A DNA stretch of 62,480 bases from Vicinamibacterales bacterium (GTDB taxonomy: Bacteria > Acidobacteriota > Vicinamibacteria > Vicinamibacterales > UBA2999): the NCBI GenBank assembly GCA_050742335.1, contig JBOGIR010000122.1, forward strand, positions 1 to 62,480, written 5' to 3'. The position numbers and the translations under genes are program-made. Positions 41,611 to 52,219 of the stretch are shown here, piece by piece. The notes under the pieces were generated by a model, which was not told the DNA's origin, searched no databases, and saw nothing but the letters and a program-made list of their open reading frames with translations. Position 1 is the first letter of the stretch. Each line of letters opens with the position of its first letter.

Positions 41611-43290
41611 GTGCGCGAGTCTCTCGTCACGGCGTCGTTAGTGGCCGTCTTCAGCATCGCGGCCGCGACATCCGCATCGGCGCAGGCCGTTGACACCGTC
41701 CTCCTCAACGGCAAGATCCTGACCGTCGATGCACAGTTCTCCACGCACAGCGCGCTCGCCGTGCGGGAGGGGCGGGTCGTTGCGCTCGGCCGCGACGAGG
41801 ATATGCGCAGGCTTGCCGGCCCCACCACGCGCACGATCGATCTGCAGGGACGGACGGTCATCCCCGGCCTCATCGATTCCCACATGCACGCCACGCGCGC
41901 GGCGCTGAGCTTCAGCACCGAAGTGAACTGGATCGGGGCCGCGAGTCTGGCCGGGGCGTTGAACCGCCTTCACGAGGCGTCGCTCAGAGCCAAGCCCGGT
42001 GCATGGCTGATTGTGGCCACGCCTCCCGCCACGCTGGACACATTCAAGGAACGGCGCCGGCCCACGCAGGCCGAGCTGGTGGCCGCCGCGCCCAACCACC
42101 CCGTCTACGTGCAGCTCGCCTACGGCTGGGCGATGTTGACGCCGCTCGCCCTGAAGGCGCTGAACATTACGACCGACGCCGACTTGCCCCGCGGAAACCG
42201 GCTCGAACGGGACGCAGCCGGAAAGCTGACGGGAGCCGTCACCGGCAACCTCGTAGAGTTGTTCGACCGCCTGCCCAAACCGACCTTCGAACAACAGGTC
42301 GAGGGCACGAAGGTCTTTTTCCGCGAGCTCAACCGCCTGGGCCTGACGGGCGTCGTTGATCCGGGCGGCAACAATGTCACGCCGCGTGAATACCAGGCGC
42401 TGTTCAAGGTGTGGCGCGACAAACAGTTGACGCTGCGCGTCGCCTACAGCCTGTGCGGCATCACCGACGGCTCGGAGTTCGAGGAATATCAGCGGTACCT
42501 CGCGATGATGCCGCAGGGGTTCGGGGACCAGATGCTGCGGTTCAACGGCATCGGCGAGCGAATCACTTGGGCGATGAACGGCATCAACGGCATCCCGCCA
42601 GACGCCGACAAGGAGAAGTACTACGCGATCGTGCGCTGGGCCGCCGAGCGCCGTCTGACCGTGACGATGCACTGGAACAGCGAGGCCAATGTCGATCAGC
42701 TCCTCGGCATCTGGGAGCGCGTGAACCGGGAATTTCCGATCGCGCCGCTTCGGTGGACGATTGCGCATCTCAACGACGCGTCGCCCGGCACGCTTCAGCG
42801 CATGAAGGCGCTTGGGATCGGCTGGACCGTACAGGACGCGCGGTACAACTCCATCGACGCCACGCTCACGGGCGAACAGGCGGAAAAGGCTCGCCACGAG
42901 CCGCCCGTCGTCACGGGCAGCAAGCTTGGCGTCGTCATCGGCGCGGGCACCGACGCCCATCGCGTGTCCACGTACAACCCGTTCACCGTGCTCCAGTGGC
43001 TCCTCGACGGGAAGAACGCCAGCGGCACTGCGTTGCGTGGGCCCGAGGAAACGCCCAGTCGCGCCGACGCGCTTCGCTTCTACACGTCGGGAAGCGCCTG
43101 GGTCTCGCACGACGAAGGCGTTCGCGGCTCCCTCGAGGTCGGCAAACTCGCCGACCTGGCGGTGCTGTCGAAGGATTACATGAGCGTTCCGGTCGACCAG
43201 ATCGGCGGCATCGAGTCCGTGCTCACGATGGTGGGCGGTAGCGTCGTGTATGCCGCCGGGCCGTACACGGCGCTCGAACACACCCGCTGA
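41611..43290 (+). CDS. amidohydrolase-family (Amidohydro_3 / YtcJ-like) metal-dependent hydrolase, secreted
   Basis: Shows 'VIPGLIDSHMHA', 'TVTMHWNSE' and 'GAGTDAHRV'. About 560 aa. GTG start. Confidence 0.8.
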   Translation: MRESLVTASLVAVFSIAAATSASAQAVDTVLLNGKILTVDAQFSTHSALAVREGRVVALGRDEDMRRLAGPTTRTIDLQGRTVIPGLIDSHMHATRAALSFSTEVNWIGAASLAGALNRLHEASLRAKPGAWLIVATPPATLDTFKERRRPTQAELVAAAPNHPVYVQLAYGWAMLTPLALKALNITTDADLPRGNRLERDAAGKLTGAVTGNLVELFDRLPKPTFEQQVEGTKVFFRELNRLGLTGVVDPGGNNVTPREYQALFKVWRDKQLTLRVAYSLCGITDGSEFEEYQRYLAMMPQGFGDQMLRFNGIGERITWAMNGINGIPPDADKEKYYAIVRWAAERRLTVTMHWNSEANVDQLLGIWERVNREFPIAPLRWTIAHLNDASPGTLQRMKALGIGWTVQDARYNSIDATLTGEQAEKARHEPPVVTGSKLGVVIGAGTDAHRVSTYNPFTVLQWLLDGKNASGTALRGPEETPSRADALRFYTSGSAWVSHDEGVRGSLEVGKLADLAVLSKDYMSVPVDQIGGIESVLTMVGGSVVYAAGPYTALEHTR

Positions 43291-43358
43291 CAAACCGGGA
43301 CCCCGAAGCTCGACCTTTCCCTTCCGAGCCGAACGGCCGCGCGGCTGAGCTGGCAACG

Positions 43359-43393
43359 TTGGACCAAAGTCCTACATTGGACCAAAGTCCTAC
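43359..43393. repeat. tandem direct repeat 2 x TTGGACCAAAGTCCTAC
   Basis: Read directly. Lies upstream of the TonB-dependent receptor gene. Confidence 0.7.
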
Positions 43394-43467
43394 TTGTCAG
43401 GCGCATCCCTGGTAGGTATTGATCCCCCGACAGATCTCTGCCAGGCACCGACCGCGCCGCTCAGCCA

Positions 43468-46400
43468 ATGACACGCACATACGACACTCGAGACTGTTCC
43501 TGGACGTTGGCCTTTGGTCTCATGCTGCTCAACATCGTCCCACTCCACGCCCAGTCGAGCGCGACGCTGGAGGGGCGCGTGTTCGATCCCTCGGGCGCGC
43601 TCGTTTCCGGCACGTCGATCCTGATGCGTCACCGCGCTACAGGCACCGAGAGAGGAGTCGTGACCGACACCGGCGGGGGGTACCAGATTGTCGCACTACC
43701 GGCTGGTGAGTACCGGGTCGAGGTACGGGCACCACGCTTCAACACTCAGATCCTCGAGAGGCTCATCGTGGAAGCCGCTCGAACGATCGTGCAGGATTTT
43801 CACCTAGCGCTCGGCAATGTGGCCGAGGACATTACCGTTGCGGCTCGTCTGTCGCCGATCGATCGAGCGAGCATCGCGGTTGGCCATGTGATGAACGAAC
43901 GGCTCGTGCAGGATTTGCCGCTGAACGGACGACGATTCGTCGATCTCGGTTTTCTTCTCCCGGGATCGGTCACGCCCGCGCAGGGCGGATATCTGACGGC
44001 CCCAAGCCGCGGCGACGGGTTCTACGGATTCAATACTGCGGGGAGCCGGGAGGACGCCGTCAATGTCCTGGTCAATGGAGTGACCGTCAACGAGCAGTTC
44101 AACGATCTGACCTTACAGACCTCGGTCTCGACGGTTCAGGAGCTGAAGGTCGACAACTCGACCTTCAGTGCCCAATACGGACGAAACTCGGGCGCAATTG
44201 TCAACATCGTGACGCGGTCGGGCACGAATACGGTGCGCGGCGAGGCGTTCGAGTTCTTTCGAGACGATGCACTGGATGCCCGCAATTTTTTCAACCTCAC
44301 GGGTGCACCTGAACTCTTTCGCCGCCATCAGTTTGGTGCCGCCGTCGGTGGTCCGCTCGTCAGGAACCGGCTGTTCCTCTTCGCAGCCTACGACGGTCAA
44401 CGCCAGCGTCAGGGCCTCGACGTCAACAGCCTCGTCCTGAGTGACGCCGAGCGCGCAGCGGTGCGTGCCCCTCAGGTGGTCGAATTGCTTCGGTTCATTC
44501 CTCGCGCGAATCTCGTTGACGCGCGAGGTATTCCACGGTTCGTCGGCTTTGCAATCGCGCCTTTCGGAGCCAACCAGGGGTCCGTTGACCTGACCGTCAC
44601 GCCGAGCGGGAACGGGCGCCTGCATGCCTACTACTGGCACTTTCGAGACCAGCGGAGCGAACCGCTCTTGCAGGGCAACACCATTCCAGGGTTCGGCGAC
44701 ATCCGCCGGCGCCGGCGCCACGTCTTCACTCTGAACGAGATGAGAGTCATGGGCCCTGCGCTTGTCAACGAGGCGCGCTTCGGCGTTCTCAACAGTGCAG
44801 GCCGGGCTTCTCCGGCCCAGTTGCTCGATCCAACCGAGTTCGGCATCCACGTCGGCGTCGAGGAACCAATTGGACTACCGCAGATCAGCGTCGGCGGCGG
44901 GCTGAATTTCGGCGGGCCGGCGAACTTCCTGATGGGGCGTCGGGGTTGGACGTTCGTCGCGTCCGATACGATCAGCTATCAACGGCCCCGGCACTCGCTT
45001 CGGCTGGGCAGCGAGTATCGGTGGTACACGAATGAGAGTTATACGAGAGACCCGGGGCGGTTCAACTTTCCGGCCGTGTCGGATTTCATCGTCGGCACGG
45101 GTAACGCCTTCAGCGTGATTCTTGGCGATCGCAGCGCTCACATTTCACAAGACGCGGTTGGGCTGTTCGTTCAGGATCAGTTTGGGCTGCGGCCGAACCT
45201 CACGATAGAGTTCGGGCTTCGCTACGACTGGACCCTGTCCCCAACCGAACGTGACGATCGCTTCGTCGTATTCGATCCAAGGAGCGTTGCTCTCGTTCGC
45301 GTCGGCACACACGTTGACGAGATCTACCAGAGCAACACGGACCTGCAGCCGCGCTTCGGTATTGCCTGGGATCCATCGGGGAACGGGGGCGCGGTGGTGC
45401 GCGCCGCGTATGGCGTGTATATCAACCAGCCAATCACCAATATGCTGGTGGGTGCGACCGCCAACCCCCCTCTGGTGACGCCTCTCACGTACAGCGGTCC
45501 CATCGGCCTCGACAATGCCGTGCAGCTTGCACGGGCCGCGGGCTTGGCGCCTTCGACCGTCGATCCCGCATTCGAGAACGCAACGACCCAATCGTGGAAC
45601 GTAAATGTGCAGCGAGAGGTGACACGCAATGTCGCGGTCATGGTCGGGTATTTTGGAGCCAGAGGATCCGATCTTCGAATCGCCCGGAACATCAACCAGC
45701 CAATCGACGGACGGCGCCCGTTTCCCTCGCTCCTGGAGTCGAGCCCGATTCTGCCCGGAACATCTCTCGGCAACGTCACGCAGATTGAGAGCGCGGGCCG
45801 CTCGTCCTATCGAGCACTTTGGATTTCGTCGCGCGGTCGGTTGTCGGACACGCTGCAGCTCACGGCTTCGTACACATTGGCGAAGTCGACCGACTACAAC
45901 TCCCTCAACACACAAGGCGTCGTTGTGCAGAATGGCTACGATTTGCGTGCGGAGCTGGGACCTTCGGACTACGACGCCCGACACCGAGCCGTCATAACGG
46001 CCATCTACCAGCTTCCACTTCGGGGCAACAAGCTTGTCGAAGGCTGGCAGGTAGCGGCGATCGTGCAGGCGCAAAGCGGAAGCCCGGTAAACATCGTGAC
46101 GAGCAACAGTACCCTTAACGGGGTCGCGAACACGGTGCGGCCGGACGTCACCGGCCCCGTGCGGACGATCGGCCGCCTCGACACATGGTTTGACACCTCG
46201 GTCTTCGTGGCCGCCAACCATTTCGGGAACCTCGGCCGCAATGCTGTCGTCGGCCCGAGGTTCGACAACACCGACCTCTCGATCGCGAAGACGACGGCCA
46301 TGCACGGTCTGCGGCTGGAGCTCCGCGCGGAGTTGTTCAACCTGTTCAACCATCCGAACTTCGGTCAACCCGGAAACGTCGTTGGCAGTCCGAATCTCGG

Positions 46401-46482
46401 GGTGATCACCAGCACGCGGTTCCCCACTGGCGAACTCGGTTCGTCCCGTCAGATTCAGTTCGCGGCCAAGCTGATCTTCTGA
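43468..46482 (+). CDS. TonB-dependent receptor with N-terminal carboxypeptidase-regulatory-like domain
   Basis: Shows 'LEGRVFDPSGALVSG...GGYQIVALPAGEYRVEV'. About 1000 aa of beta-barrel. The C-terminal residue is Phe ('AAKLIF'). Confidence 0.85.
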   Translation: MTRTYDTRDCSWTLAFGLMLLNIVPLHAQSSATLEGRVFDPSGALVSGTSILMRHRATGTERGVVTDTGGGYQIVALPAGEYRVEVRAPRFNTQILERLIVEAARTIVQDFHLALGNVAEDITVAARLSPIDRASIAVGHVMNERLVQDLPLNGRRFVDLGFLLPGSVTPAQGGYLTAPSRGDGFYGFNTAGSREDAVNVLVNGVTVNEQFNDLTLQTSVSTVQELKVDNSTFSAQYGRNSGAIVNIVTRSGTNTVRGEAFEFFRDDALDARNFFNLTGAPELFRRHQFGAAVGGPLVRNRLFLFAAYDGQRQRQGLDVNSLVLSDAERAAVRAPQVVELLRFIPRANLVDARGIPRFVGFAIAPFGANQGSVDLTVTPSGNGRLHAYYWHFRDQRSEPLLQGNTIPGFGDIRRRRRHVFTLNEMRVMGPALVNEARFGVLNSAGRASPAQLLDPTEFGIHVGVEEPIGLPQISVGGGLNFGGPANFLMGRRGWTFVASDTISYQRPRHSLRLGSEYRWYTNESYTRDPGRFNFPAVSDFIVGTGNAFSVILGDRSAHISQDAVGLFVQDQFGLRPNLTIEFGLRYDWTLSPTERDDRFVVFDPRSVALVRVGTHVDEIYQSNTDLQPRFGIAWDPSGNGGAVVRAAYGVYINQPITNMLVGATANPPLVTPLTYSGPIGLDNAVQLARAAGLAPSTVDPAFENATTQSWNVNVQREVTRNVAVMVGYFGARGSDLRIARNINQPIDGRRPFPSLLESSPILPGTSLGNVTQIESAGRSSYRALWISSRGRLSDTLQLTASYTLAKSTDYNSLNTQGVVVQNGYDLRAELGPSDYDARHRAVITAIYQLPLRGNKLVEGWQVAAIVQAQSGSPVNIVTSNSTLNGVANTVRPDVTGPVRTIGRLDTWFDTSVFVAANHFGNLGRNAVVGPRFDNTDLSIAKTTAMHGLRLELRAELFNLFNHPNFGQPGNVVGSPNLGVITSTRFPTGELGSSRQIQFAAKLIF

Positions 46483-46493
46483 TCGATTCTGCA

Positions 46494-49151
46494 ATGCTCC
46501 TCTACTCCATGCGGTCGATCTGGCGTTCCGGCGGACTGTTTCGTGGAATCCACGGCGGCGTGGTCGCGACGGTGGCGACACTGCTCGTGTGCGGATCCTC
46601 TCCGGCAGTCGCACAGGATTCCCGAGACGCCAGGCATGTGCTTGCCCTCTACTGGTACGCCCGCGAATACCCGTCGAACGTCCAGTTCGAGCAGGGCTTG
46701 CTGCGGGCGCTGCGTTCGGACCCGCGAGGAGCGCCTGAGTACTATTCGGAGTATCTCGAAATCGATCGGTTTCCGCCGGAGGCGCACGCTCGTGTTCTTC
46801 GTGACTTCCTTCGCCGGAAATACAAGGACGTCAAGATTGACGTGATCGTGGCCGAGGCATGGGAACCCTTCCAGTTCCTGCTTGCCGACCGCAGCCTGTT
46901 TCCCGGCGTTCCGATTGTCTACAACAGGTCGGTTGCGCCTCCAGACGCGTCCGCTGAGCGCCCCGCGCCGGGCGCCGTAGGGATCTTCACCGCAGGTGTC
47001 TACCGCAAGACGCTGGAAATGATGCGGTCGATTCATCCCGAGACCGAACAGGTGCTCATCATCACCGGTCTGCCGGACAACGGGGGGAAGAACCGGGAGC
47101 GCCTCGTACGAGAAGAGCTTGCGCCTCTGGAACGCGAGCTCACGCTGACGTACCTGACCGACCTCGAGACGGATGTCCTTCTCGGTGAGATCTCGCGCGC
47201 TCCGGCACGTTCGATCGTGTTGTACGTTCGGCACTCCGAGGAGTCGATGGGCAGCGCCCTCGATCCGATTGAGGCCGTGTCGCTCTTTGCCCGTTCTTCG
47301 AATGTGCCGATCTACGGGGTCGCCTCATCCCACTTGGGCCATGGAATCGTCGGAGGGTACCTATTCGACCTGGAGGCCATTGGCATGCAGTCCGGGCAAC
47401 TCGCGCTGCGCCTGTTGGCCGGCGCGCGGCCGGAGGAACTGCCCGCCACCAGCGCCGCCGTTATCTCGCCGATGTTCGACTGGCGTCAACTTCGGCGTTG
47501 GGGTATCGACCCGTCTCGGCTCCCACCAGGATCGGATATCCGATTCAGAACGCTGACAACGTGGGAAGTGTATCGCTGGTACATCGTCGGCGCGCTCGCG
47601 GTGGTTGCTTTCCAAGGGCTGATGATCGCGTCGCTGGTCATCCAGCGCTCGCGCCGCCGCGAGAGTGAGGCCCGCTTCCAGCGCCTGGTGGACCACGCGC
47701 CCGTGCTGGTCTGGATGTCCGGGCCGGACAAGCTGTGCACCTATTTCAACAAGCCGTGGCTCGACTTCACGGGCCGGACGTTGGCGCAGGAACTGGGGAA
47801 TGGGTGGGCCGAGGGTGTGCATCCCGACGATTACCACCGGTGCCTCGACACGTACGTGCGCGCGTTCGACGCCCGTCACTCGTTCCGCATGGAGTACCGG
47901 TTGCGGCGTTACGACGGCCGGTTCCGCTGGATCCTCGACGAGGGCGCGCCGAGGACGACCCCGGCCGGCGACTTCGCCGGCTACATCGGATCTTGTATTG
48001 ACATCACGGAACGCAAAGAGGCCGAGGACGCGCTGCGTGACAGCCAGGAACGGTACGCCCTTGCCACTGTGGCCGCCGGTGTCGGCGTGTGGGACTGGGA
48101 CCTCGAGACAAACGAGATCTATCTGGATCCGGCGCTGAAAATCATCCTCGGGTACGACGATCACGAGATCGCCAATCACCTGGACGACTGGTGGCGGCTC
48201 GTCCACCCGGACGATGCCCCCGCCGTGATGGAGCGCGCGCGGGAGCACATCGACGGCAAGAGTCCCTTCTACGAGTTGGAATACCGGCGGCTACACCGCG
48301 ACGGCAGCATCCGCTGGTTCCTGGCTCGCGGCTCGGCGGTACGGCGAGACGGCCGGGCGGTGCGCATGATTGGCACCGACACGGACATCACCGAACGAAA
48401 GATAACGGAGCAGGCGCTGCACGAGGTGCAGGCCGAGCTCACGCGCGTGTCGCGGCTCACCGCCCTTGGCGAGTTTGCGGCCTCCGTGGCCCACGAAGTC
48501 CGCCAGCCGCTCACGGCGATCCTCATGAATGCGAAAGCCTGTCTCCGGTGGTTCGCCAGCGGCACGCCCGACCTCACCGAGATCCAGGCCGCGTTGTGGG
48601 ATGTGGTCGACGCGAGCCGACGGGCCGATGAAGTGATCCGCCGCAACCACGAGTTGTTCAGACATCACGCGGTGCAGAAGGCGCCGTTCGATATCAACGG
48701 GATCATTCGGGACGTGGCCGTTCTGGCCAGGACGCGGCTGCAGGGCAGCCAGGTCATGCTCGTCACCTCGCCGGCGGCCAGTCTGCCGGCGGTCGAGGGT
48801 GATCGCATCGAGCTGCAGCAGGTGCTGCTGAACCTCGTGGCCAACGCCATCGATGCGATGGAGAACAGCGATCCCGCGTCGCGACGCATCGAAATCATTT
48901 CATCCCTTGCACCTGCAGGCATGGTGGAAGTGTCGGTGACCGATCGCGGCGTCGGCCTCGACGGCGTCGACATGCAGCGGATGTTCACTCCTTCTTACAC
49001 GACGAAAGCGGACGGCACGGGTGTGGGCCTCTCGATCAGCCGCTCGATCGTCGAGGCCCACGGCGGCCGGCTGTGGGCCGAACAGAACTCCGACCGCGGG
49101 GCGACGTTCTTCTTCACCGTTCCCGTCTCCTCCACTGTGGCTGCGGCCTGA
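46494..49151 (+). CDS. sensor histidine kinase (periplasmic domain, TM, 2 PAS, HisKA, HATPase_c)
   Basis: Two 'EYRLRRYDGRFRW'/'EYRRLHRDGSIRW' PAS cores, H-box 'SVAHEVRQPL', N-box 'LLNLVANAIDA' and G-box 'DRGVGL...GTGVGL'. Starts 11 nt after the TBDR stop. Confidence 0.9.
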   Translation: MLLYSMRSIWRSGGLFRGIHGGVVATVATLLVCGSSPAVAQDSRDARHVLALYWYAREYPSNVQFEQGLLRALRSDPRGAPEYYSEYLEIDRFPPEAHARVLRDFLRRKYKDVKIDVIVAEAWEPFQFLLADRSLFPGVPIVYNRSVAPPDASAERPAPGAVGIFTAGVYRKTLEMMRSIHPETEQVLIITGLPDNGGKNRERLVREELAPLERELTLTYLTDLETDVLLGEISRAPARSIVLYVRHSEESMGSALDPIEAVSLFARSSNVPIYGVASSHLGHGIVGGYLFDLEAIGMQSGQLALRLLAGARPEELPATSAAVISPMFDWRQLRRWGIDPSRLPPGSDIRFRTLTTWEVYRWYIVGALAVVAFQGLMIASLVIQRSRRRESEARFQRLVDHAPVLVWMSGPDKLCTYFNKPWLDFTGRTLAQELGNGWAEGVHPDDYHRCLDTYVRAFDARHSFRMEYRLRRYDGRFRWILDEGAPRTTPAGDFAGYIGSCIDITERKEAEDALRDSQERYALATVAAGVGVWDWDLETNEIYLDPALKIILGYDDHEIANHLDDWWRLVHPDDAPAVMERAREHIDGKSPFYELEYRRLHRDGSIRWFLARGSAVRRDGRAVRMIGTDTDITERKITEQALHEVQAELTRVSRLTALGEFAASVAHEVRQPLTAILMNAKACLRWFASGTPDLTEIQAALWDVVDASRRADEVIRRNHELFRHHAVQKAPFDINGIIRDVAVLARTRLQGSQVMLVTSPAASLPAVEGDRIELQQVLLNLVANAIDAMENSDPASRRIEIISSLAPAGMVEVSVTDRGVGLDGVDMQRMFTPSYTTKADGTGVGLSISRSIVEAHGGRLWAEQNSDRGATFFFTVPVSSTVAAA

Positions 49152-49208
49152 CCCCTTCCCGGGCACCCGCTGCGTACTCGGGCAGGGACCCGCTATATTG
49201 GGGCGGCC

Positions 49209-50822
49209 GTGAGTGATACGGGCGTGGAAATCGCCACACGACGCCGCGCCTTCGCCGCCCTGGTCCTCGCAGTGGCATTCGCGTGGTCGCTCCTGACCGT
49301 CGAGCTGCTGAACGACCATTTCGATCGCATCTCGCGCGGCCGGCAGATCCTGGTCTACGGCGAGCGGCCGTTCGCCGATTTTCGCGACCCCGGCTACTTC
49401 CTGACGCTCTATGCCTCGGCCGCCACGCAGGCGGCGTCGGGAGGCAGCCTGCTTGGCGAGGCGGTGATCAGCAGCGCGGGGATGGCCGCGGCTGTGGCTC
49501 TCACGTTTCTGCTGGCGGCCCATGCCGCCCAGTCGACGGGGATCGGTCTGGTGGCGGCTGTCTTCACCCTCGTGGTCGCACCGCGCTACTACGACTATGA
49601 CAAGGTGCTCTTGTACACGTCCGGTCTGGCGCTGGCGTGGCGCTACGCCGATCGGCGTGACCTCGGCACGCTCATCGTTGCAGCGGTCGTCACGGCCGTC
49701 GCAAGCCTGTTCCGATACGACAACGGCATCATCCTGTTCGGCGTCACGGCAACGACGCTCCTGACGTGTCACTGGCGAGAGCCCTGGACGCTCGCACACC
49801 GCACGACGGCGTACGGCGTGGGTGTGGTGCTGGTGCTGACGCCCGTGGCGATCGCATGGCAGCAGACCATCGGTCTGCGAGAAGTCGCGCGTCAGATTCG
49901 GACGTACGCGCAGGTGGAGGGGGCGAGAACCGGCATCTTCACACTGCCGGGGTTGAACCTCGACACGCTCCTCTACTATGCGATCGTTGCGCTCCTGCCA
50001 CTTGCGTCGGCGAGACTCGTGTGGCGAGCGTCTCGAGCACACCGCGAGAAGGGTGTGCTGCACGAGGCGCCGAAGATTGCGCCGGTGATTGTGCTCGGTG
50101 CGCTCGTCGCGGCGTTCATCCTGCGTGACCCGGTTGCCGCTCGCCTCGGGGCAGCCGCTCCAATGGCTGCGATCCTCGCCGCCTGGCTGGCGGGCCCCGT
50201 GGTGCCGCCGCGTGGCGCACGGTACCGCGCCCGCCCTCTCGTCATCCTGCTCGGCGGCGTCATCGCCCTGGGGTTGGCGCTCACGCTGACGGGACGCTCA
50301 CCGGCTCATGTGTTGCGGGTCTCGCCAACCGTGACTGCGGGCCTCACGATGCTGCGCGAGCTCGCGCGTGTGCCACCCAGCCTGGCGCTGTTGCCCGACG
50401 TCCAGGGGATGGCGGGGTACGTCCGGGCGTGCACGCCGCCGGGGAGCCGCGTGCTCGTGAGCGGGTTCGTGCCCGAACTGTATGTGCTCGCCGAGCGGGG
50501 CTTCGCCGGAGGGATGCCGGTTTTCTTCGGTGGACACTGGACGAGCGTGCGCGACCAGGAACGCACGATCGATCAGTTGCGGCGCCAGTTCGTTCCGCTC
50601 GCGATCGTGGACGCCGGCTTCACCTCCACCTACGATCGCGTGAACGCCTACCTCACGTCGGCCTTCGTGTCGGCTGGTATCAGCAGCTTTGGGAATCCGC
50701 GCGCTCCTGCCGGCGGCTACCATGTTCTTCTGCGGCAGGGCGTCGGACCCACGACCCTCGACAGCCGCTGGAATCTCCCGTGCCTCTCGGGCTGGACACC
50801 CGCAGGAGCCGGTCGCTCCTGA
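49209..50822 (+). CDS. polytopic integral membrane protein, function unknown
   Basis: 537 aa with at least 8 hydrophobic segments followed by a soluble C-terminal domain. GTG start. No family recognised. Confidence 0.6.
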   Translation: MSDTGVEIATRRRAFAALVLAVAFAWSLLTVELLNDHFDRISRGRQILVYGERPFADFRDPGYFLTLYASAATQAASGGSLLGEAVISSAGMAAAVALTFLLAAHAAQSTGIGLVAAVFTLVVAPRYYDYDKVLLYTSGLALAWRYADRRDLGTLIVAAVVTAVASLFRYDNGIILFGVTATTLLTCHWREPWTLAHRTTAYGVGVVLVLTPVAIAWQQTIGLREVARQIRTYAQVEGARTGIFTLPGLNLDTLLYYAIVALLPLASARLVWRASRAHREKGVLHEAPKIAPVIVLGALVAAFILRDPVAARLGAAAPMAAILAAWLAGPVVPPRGARYRARPLVILLGGVIALGLALTLTGRSPAHVLRVSPTVTAGLTMLRELARVPPSLALLPDVQGMAGYVRACTPPGSRVLVSGFVPELYVLAERGFAGGMPVFFGGHWTSVRDQERTIDQLRRQFVPLAIVDAGFTSTYDRVNAYLTSAFVSAGISSFGNPRAPAGGYHVLLRQGVGPTTLDSRWNLPCLSGWTPAGAGRS

Positions 50823-50864
50823 TCTCTGAGCTCGATTGTGTGGGTGATGATGAAGCCCTATGGA

Positions 50865-50891
50865 GGTCAGGCCGATACGGGTCGCCTGACC
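50865..50891. terminator. hairpin GGTCAGGC-11 nt-GCCTGACC between convergent genes
   Basis: Read directly in the 115-nt convergent gap. Confidence 0.3.
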
Positions 50892-50937
50892 GCGCGAGAA
50901 GGCTGAGGGAACCGAGCTCCTGGATATTCGTGCAAGC

Positions 50938-52002
50938 TCAGCGAACCTCAGCACGAACGGGCTCCTCACACGGCGTCACTGTTCGCCGTGCGCGCTTCGG
51001 CAGGAGCGCGCAGGCCACGTTCCGGAACGGTACCCAGTAGAGGCCGATGCAGGAGGTGAACTCCTCGTCGTCCCGATCGCTCAGGCCGAACTTCACGTCG
51101 GCATTGGTCGCAGGCATCTCGAAGGTGCCGAACAGCAGATCCCACACTGGAAACATGAACGCGAAGTTCTTGTTGATGTGTGTTGGATGATAGCTGTGAT
51201 GGACCTGGTGATGTGCGGGGCACCCGAACAGGTAGACGAGCGGTCCCGGCCACTTGAGCCAGATGTGAGAGTGTCGCAGGTTGTAGCCCAGGGCGTTGTA
51301 GACGAACACGAATATCCCGACACCCAACACGGTCGGCTCTGTCGGCACGTACCCGAGCAGTGCGGAGACAATCGCCGCCACGACTCCTGTGGATGCGGCA
51401 AGGCCCGCGGCGTACACGATGTTGTCAACGGGGTGCTCACGGTAATTCGTCAGCGGGTGCATCACTCTGGCCGAGTGGTGCACCTTGTGAAACTCCCACA
51501 AGAGCGGAATCCTGTGCTGGCCATAGTGAAGCGCATAGGCCACGAAATCGAGCACGGCAACGGACAGGACGGCGCACCCGAGCTCCACCGGCCAGGCGAA
51601 CGCGGCCGTCGGGTCCGCGCCTGATCGGGACCTCGGCGAGTTGCCGAGAAGATCCGCAGCCGTCTGGAACGTCCAGTCCGACACCATCAGCGCAAAGCTG
51701 CCGTAGAGGAACACTCTGAAGATCTGATGAAGGAAGAAATAGCGGACGTCCAGCCACGCCGAGGGCGTGTGCCAGATGCGGCGCGGGAACAGGAACTCCC
51801 TCAAAGAGATCGACTGGCCGCTTGGGTGCGACCGGCGCCGAGCGAGATACCACCAGATGGCGACCGCCATCACCAGCGATGTTGCCAGGTAGAGGACGAA
51901 GAGCCGTTCGCCCGGATTGATGGGGTAGACCAGCACCTGCAGGAACGTCCTGCCGAGGCCGTCCAACAGACGGTGCAGAGAATCGTAGAGGAGCTCAATC
52001 AT
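50938..52002 (-). CDS. sterol desaturase / fatty-acid hydroxylase superfamily membrane protein
   Basis: Histidine boxes 'HKVHHS' and 'HHQVHHS', plus 'HYGQH'. Multiple TM segments. Confidence 0.8.
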   Translation of the reverse strand: MIELLYDSLHRLLDGLGRTFLQVLVYPINPGERLFVLYLATSLVMAVAIWWYLARRRSHPSGQSISLREFLFPRRIWHTPSAWLDVRYFFLHQIFRVFLYGSFALMVSDWTFQTAADLLGNSPRSRSGADPTAAFAWPVELGCAVLSVAVLDFVAYALHYGQHRIPLLWEFHKVHHSARVMHPLTNYREHPVDNIVYAAGLAASTGVVAAIVSALLGYVPTEPTVLGVGIFVFVYNALGYNLRHSHIWLKWPGPLVYLFGCPAHHQVHHSYHPTHINKNFAFMFPVWDLLFGTFEMPATNADVKFGLSDRDDEEFTSCIGLYWVPFRNVACALLPKRARRTVTPCEEPVRAEVR

Positions 52003-52219
52003 TGTTCGCGGCCAGCGCCGGCGTTTCAGGGACCGGCGTACAGCAGCTCATGTGCCATTTCAGTCGCTTGCCCAGGATGAAGGCCTGCGCCCTCAGCTCA
52101 TTGCGCAGGCCCGACTGCTCGATGGTCCACTCCCGCTTCTTTCGAGGGGGAAGTTACGGAGTTGTCATCGCCGGGGCACACGCCTTGCTTCAGGCGGCGC
52201 GGTCGAGAGTGAGGGTGTG

